Origin: Magallana gigas | Taxonomy: Eukaryota | Reading direction: 5' to 3' | Length of the DNA: 64,000 bases | Assembly: GCF_963853765.1 (NCBI RefSeq) | Contig: NC_088859.1 | Span: 43,834,001 to 43,898,000, forward strand | Shown here: in pieces, positions 58,701 to 64,000 of the stretch | How positions within the stretch are numbered: the first letter of the stretch is position 1 | Layout of the letters: each line of letters starts with the position of its first letter | Program-made: the position numbers and the translations under genes | The notes under the pieces: generated by a model | Databases searched by the model: none | What the model was told of the DNA's origin: nothing | The model's input: the letters and a program-made list of their open reading frames with translations, nothing else

Positions 58701-61700
58701 GACAGAGAGGTGTGTAGTAAATCCGAGGGTTTTTTTTTGTGATATTCAAAAAAATTGACAGGAATGAAGACAAATTCTTTACAGAGATAAATGAAGGTAA
58801 AATCTGACAGCATTTTCCATTCTGAAGTTCTTGAAATGTTATGTCATCTTGCACAATTTTTTTAACATTATCATTTGGGTACTTTCATGTTATTAGTCCC
58901 CTACCGTTTTCACCGGAGGGGACTATAGCTTTCCTCTGCGTCCGTCAGTCTGTCCGTCCATCTGTCTGTCTGTCCGTCTATCTGTCCCACTTCAGTTTTC
59001 CACACTTTTTTTCTATATGCGTTTATGGAATAACATGAAATTTGCTGAACAGCTTCAAAATGTCAAACTACAGATCAAGTTTACACTTTTGTAGCATCTG
59101 GTTGACGTATTTTCGAAAAAATAAATTTTTTATATTCCAATTTTTTAATGTTTGGTTTCGTTATCGGCCTCGGTGTGTATCAAATAAACGAGGAAAGTAT
59201 GTTGTCAGTAATAATATCGTGCATTTCTTGGACCATTCCTTTTATTGTTTCTAAAAAACAAATCAGTTCTGTAAAATAGTGTCAAGCATTGTGTTGTAAA
59301 TTTAATCGACAGGGTTTTATGTATTATTACAATCGGGTTCGTTATCGGGTTGGTCTGTTGAGACGGCAAGAAATGATATTCTGCATAACATTGCATTGTT
59401 TTCACAAATTTCTACAAACCGGTAGGGGACTTGTATTGCTTATGCAATACTCTCAGAATGCTTGTTTGCGATACAAAATCTCAGTAGACATTTTATTTTG
59501 GCAGCGTTCTTCAGCCAGACAAATTAAGATGGAGGTGTTGTTTCAAAGGAAAAATCTTTTGGACTTTTTTTTTTTTTGAGTGGTTTAATATCATTTGACT
59601 TTCAAGATATTTATGCAACATATGGGGACAGAATATACCCAGTAGTGTATTTTGCTAAAAACAGTAATTTTTAATAAATGATCTTGTTTTTCAGGCAGCC
59701 TCCTCCACGGGGAATAACTTGAAAGTTACATTTGTGGCTTACTATTTGACCAGTACCGGTGCCAGACTTTCTGTAAGTACATTTATTTACAGGTTATGTA
59801 AATACTTTAATTCTGTTTGTTTCTTTCAAAAGCCAGGATGAACCAACAAAGAAAACGTGTCATTGTTTATATTTTACCTTGTTAGATTGTGATTTTATTT
59901 TGTCAGTAACTGGATGCACTCTCATGGATTTTTAATAAAATAGGAAAGAAAATACTAAATGTAAATATTAGCTGAAAGAAGCCAACAATTTTTAGCTCAT
60001 AGAACTTTTGGAAACATAAAATTTAACATCCCAACTTTGATTCTATCTCTAGGCTGATACATCCATCACTATAACTGTTCTTGATGTCAACGATGTGGAA
60101 CCAGCATTCCAGAAATTGCCATACAATGCAAAAGTAGCCGAGGTAAGAAAAGATTCAGTACTCAAAGATGCATGTAAACTGAGATTGTATCATCTTGAGA
60201 ATTAGTTACTTGTTGTCTATGGCATGCCAAATTCACAAAAATGTGATAATCATAGTTTAACAGTTGATAAACTTGGTTTTGTCACAAACTTTGAGAAAAT
60301 TTGGAAAATCTTTAACAATTTTAATTTGTGGCAGTCATTTTTTGCTAAAGAAAAAGTTTCTTATAGAAAATGATATAGGATATAATTTCTGTGTGTTCCA
60401 ATATTTGTGGTTGAAAAGGGGTCACGAAAACTAGATCATCGCACAATGTGTAGATGTGCATTTTATCAGGAAATTAAAATTCCATTATTTTTCTGTGAAT
60501 TTCAGCCATTTTCAATTTTATTATTACGAAAGCCCATTGAACTCATTTTCGTAGGTAAAAGAAATATTTTTTTTCATGAATAAACGCAAAATTTTTGCAA
60601 ATAAATGTGAAACTTTCATAAATAAACGTGAAACTTTCATGAATAAACGCGTTACTTTCATGAATAAACGCGTTACTTTCATGAATAAACGTGAAACTTA
60701 CGTGATATAACCCCAAACTTACGTGATATAACGCCACACTTTTGCAAGTAAACGGTAAAATTATGCGAATAAACGCGAAACTCTCGCAAATAAAAGCGTT
60801 ACTGTCGCGATGTAACATGAAACTTTTGCAAATAAACGCGTTACTTTTGTGAAGAAATGCGAAACTTTCGTGATTAAACGCGAAACTTAAATACAAATAT
60901 TGTCATTTCATACAAGAATCATAATGAAGAACAATGACTACATGAAATCAAATATATTAATTTTAAAGAAAACAAAATAATCTTATATAGAAAGATGTAA
61001 AGAATCAGATTAAACCTTATACAAATTGAATTAAATTCAAACGTGGAAAATCTTTAAAATCTTAGTACTGATTTCGCGATTTTCAAAGGACATAAAGCAT
61101 CGCGTTTATCACATTTTAATGGGGCCCGGCACTGTATTATAGAAAATGAGGCGTCAACATATTTTATTATAACAAATTTTATTCGAATTAAAAGTTTTAT
61201 AAAGTATCATTATAGAATTGAAAGGATATCATTGTTCAAAACGTTATAATATATGTTTTATCGCCACAACATAAATTAACGTCTAGCTAGTTTTAAACAA
61301 CATCAGAAAGATTAGTCAGGCTGTGAATTGAAATTTTTTAGCTATTGTTCAAATCTAGATGACGTAAATTCGTCCTCTAAATTCATCACATATGTCATTT
61401 AAAAATCAGTACTAAGATTTTAGAGGTTTCCGACGGTTGAATTTATATCAATTTTATAAGAAAAAGATAATCAATGAATGCCTGTTCGAACACAGGGGCG
61501 GTGAAAAAATGAAAAAGGATAAAATATGATGCTCTAACTTATTATCTACTTGAACATATAAAATATAAAAATATTATGAAGTTTTATAAGATTTATTAAT
61601 ATCTATATGTAAAAAAGATAATTTTGTCTTCATAATTCAACGTAACACAGATATTATAGAAATAATGAATAATAAGTATTTTATGATTTAAAACTTATAA

Positions 61701-63903
61701 TGTGTTTGTTTTCAATCGTTTTTCTTCATAAGGGTAATTGTATGAAATGACAATATTTAAATAATGATTTCGCGTTATATTGCGAAAGTTTCGCATTTAT
61801 TTGCGAAAGTAACGAGTTATATTGCAAATGTTTTGCGTTATATCGTGAAAGTTACGCATTTATTCACAAAAGTAAAACGTTTATGGCAAAAGTTTCGCGT
61901 TTATTCGTGAAAAAAATTTTTTTTTACCTACGAAAATGAGCTCAATGGGCTTTCGAATATTATTTTGTTGTTGTTAAAGACACAAAAAAATGTGCATGTT
62001 TGCAGGAAGTTTTGATGTGATTATTTTCAGGAGTTATGCCCCTTTATCAAATCAATTCATGTGTTCCTTTAATGCATACCCTAGCATTCATTATTTGTAG
62101 TATTTCAAGTAATAGAGGAGTATATGTATGTGAGATTGCTCACATTTTCTTTCGTATTCATTTGGTTTAGGGAGAAATGGGTAGGTCTTGTAGGTAAAAT
62201 GTAAACGATGGTGCTTGTACCTTGTACCCTCTGTCTTTATTCAACAGGATGCCAGTGTTGGATTCACTCTGTACAGTTCCATTGAGGTGATTGATCTGGA
62301 TGTAGGCTATTACTCTGAGATTAGCCTGAGCTGCTATTTGGATCAACAATCTGCAGAGGTAATGGTATTTTCAAAAATCTTTCAAATAATAATTTTTGCA
62401 ATAAATAAACTTCTAAATATCTTCCTATTATGTGTTGAAATTAAGAATATAGTGTTCTTTGTGTACAATATATGTGTATTCATGTCATTAGAGTAGAGCT
62501 CAGTCCCAAGAAGCCTGTGAAACTTTTGGTGTGAAACCTCGACAGAACTCCCAGGGTAACTACACTGGATTTGTGTTCCTAAAGAAACCCTTAGACTATG
62601 AGGTGAAGAAAGGCTACACCATGACAATCCAAGCCATTGTAAGTTCTAAGTTAACAAACACTTGAAAGTAAATAAAATGTATCATTTAACCTTTTGTTGT
62701 AAGTGTATTTGGGAGGACATTTTAAAGGGGCATGGTCACGATTTTGGTCAAATTCTATATTATTTTCATTAATGCTTTAGAAATTCAATTTTAATGATCA
62801 AATAAAATTTGAGAGTCATTTGTAGAGTCATAAGCAAGATACAGGGCTCACAATTCTTTGTCATGTAAACAAGGCTCGTGCCCTGTTTTTTTTTTTTTTT
62901 TTTTTACAAAAGTTTAATATACCAGTAAAAAATCTTTTTCCAGCTTATTTGTCTATCTTTTTATTTATTTTAAGCATAGATAAACAGTTTCTAACGTTTA
63001 AAACATTCGTTTTAGGTTTAAAACTGAAATTTTTATGAAAACGTTCAAAATGTAAACAAACACTTTGTTTATATAGTGAAGAATATTAAGTTCTAGCTGT
63101 AACTCGCTTATAACTCAACAAATGACAATTAAATTTCGGTTGCCTATTTAATATATTTTCTTAAGCATTGTAAATATCAAAATCAGAAATATAATTTTTG
63201 ACCAAAATTTTGACCATGCAGCCCCTTTAATAGAGAGTTCATATTCAGTGTAAATTGTCTAATGTAAGTTTGAATTGTAGGACAACCCAACTCGGTCTGG
63301 TACAGGACTTCAGCTGATGACCACTATCAACATCCTGATAGAGGTCATAGACAAGCAGGATTCCCCGCCCCGGTTCCTCAGCACCCCCATCACTGTCACT
63401 GTGTTTGAGAATGCCGACAATGTAAGCCTTAATTGGTCACTGTGTTGGAGAAAGCCCAAAATGCAAGCCCTAAATGGTTAAATTTTAGGTTTAATATTTG
63501 AAATCTATGTTGTTTAATTAGAGTATGCTGTAAGAGAATGTTTGGATGGTATGAAACTTTAATGTACCTGTACTAACGTGATTTGATAGTAAGCTGTAAA
63601 GGAATGTTTATGTACTGTAACCTAAGGTTCTTTGACTAAATACTTAGTGGCCCTGCCACAGGTTAAGAATACCTGTGTGTTGAAATTTTCAACACACCGT
63701 ATGCATTATATGTCATGAAATACATTATATTTAAACTATAGTATTGAAGCAAATTCTGAATTTGTTAAATGTGTGGTATGTTATTAAAATTTAATAAGTC
63801 TTTTAATTTTGATCCTTTAATTAAAAGGGTACAAGGGTTGGTTTTATCACAGCTCAAGATGGAGATGAAGGAAGCCCTCGACCAATCAAAATTGTGAATA
63901 AAG
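55772..63903 (+). CDS. Cadherin B, paralog of cadherin A (Cad87A/CDHR-like), 5' portion: signal peptide, EC1, EC2, start of EC3; continues beyond the window
   Basis: Exons 55772-55799, 57583-57618, 58156-58248, 58573-58709, 59695-59772, 60053-60142, 62248-62358, 62504(or 62492)-62638, 63281-63421, 63828-63903; phases consistent. MEVFLTLFAGLFAVACG|QINFAPVF...LDRE...DVNDVEP...E|DASVGFTLYSSIEVIDLD...C...LDYE...DKQDSPPRF...AQDGD. EC2-EC3 intron positions and phases match cadherin A exons 5-8. Confidence 0.85.
58258..58437. mobile_element. TA-flanked MITE, same family as 28171-28373
   Basis: TA|CTGTGGATCCCTAATT ... AATAAGGAATTTACAG|TA; begins 9 nt after the exon 58248 donor. Confidence 0.7.
58890..59467 (+). 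mobile_element. HINE family D
   Basis: subTIRs GTCCCCTACCG / CGGTAGGGGAC, CCGT/CTGT microsatellite, 3' hairpin GTATTGC-TTAT-GCAATAC, ends CTTGTTT. Confidence 0.85.
60527..61955. mobile_element. Foldback-type element with long inverted arms built of ~21-bp tandem repeats and an inner inverted-repeat element (61016-61457)
   Basis: Termini CGAAAGCCCATTGA(A/G)CTCATTTTCGTAGGTAAAA inverted. AATAAACGCGAAACTTT-type units at 60580-60890 and inverted at 61770-61910. Arms continue to AATATTGTCATTTCATACAA. Confidence 0.85.
62726..63226 (+). mobile_element. Kolobok-type MITE (AGGGGCATGG family), full-length copy
   Basis: TTAA TSDs (62722-62725, 63227-63230); ~27-bp imperfect TIR AGGGGCATGGTCACGATTTTGGTCAAA. 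Confidence 0.9.
63395..63476 (+). repeat. 41-bp tandem duplication of a cadherin B exon end plus donor site
   Basis: GTCACTGTGTTTGAGAATGCCGACAAT|GTAAGCCTTAATTG followed by GTCACTGTGTTGGAGAAAGCCCAAAATGCAAGCCCTAAATG (34/41 identical). Confidence 0.8.
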
Positions 63904-64000
63904 GTAGGCTACCCAATCAAAACTGATTCAATCAACCAATCAACTTATACGAAATGTAGCTGTAGTATCTGTGTTCTTCTGTCTGTTTGTTGAGTCTTGG

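Overview
AT-rich, intron-rich animal genomic DNA, most likely a bivalve mollusc such as an oyster (inferred from the Helentron/HINE and Kolobok-type repeats and a 166-bp satellite). I spliced five protein-coding loci by hand, with GT-AG sites and consistent phases. (1) The last two exons of a Zasp/PDLIM-type LIM gene (+, 606-1270). (2) A complete 13-exon mitochondrial 4-aminobutyrate aminotransferase, ABAT (+, 5880-16520, 503 aa). (3) A complete 10-exon GTPBP1 (-, 17625-23500, 607 aa), convergent with ABAT. (4) A complete 37-exon Cad87A-like cadherin with 14 EC repeats, a membrane-adjacent domain, a TM helix and a short tail (-, 26343-54393, 1834 aa). (5) The 5' part of a paralogous cadherin arranged head-to-head with it (+, 55772 to beyond 63903). 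Introns hold many non-autonomous DNA transposons (HINE, Kolobok-like, hAT, TA-flanked MITEs, a foldback) and there is one LINE remnant. Most notable: three cadherin exon/intron junctions, including the 5' splice site, are tandemly amplified into the downstream intron, and in the two larger arrays an in-frame stop follows the first donor. Also notable are a candidate 3-nt in-frame microexon and a 5-nt poison microexon, a roughly 460-bp shared promoter between the two cadherin paralogs, a furin site in EC13, an EPIYA-like tail motif, and Kolobok-type MITEs carrying tRNA-like cassettes. No database search was possible; family assignments rest on recognised motifs.
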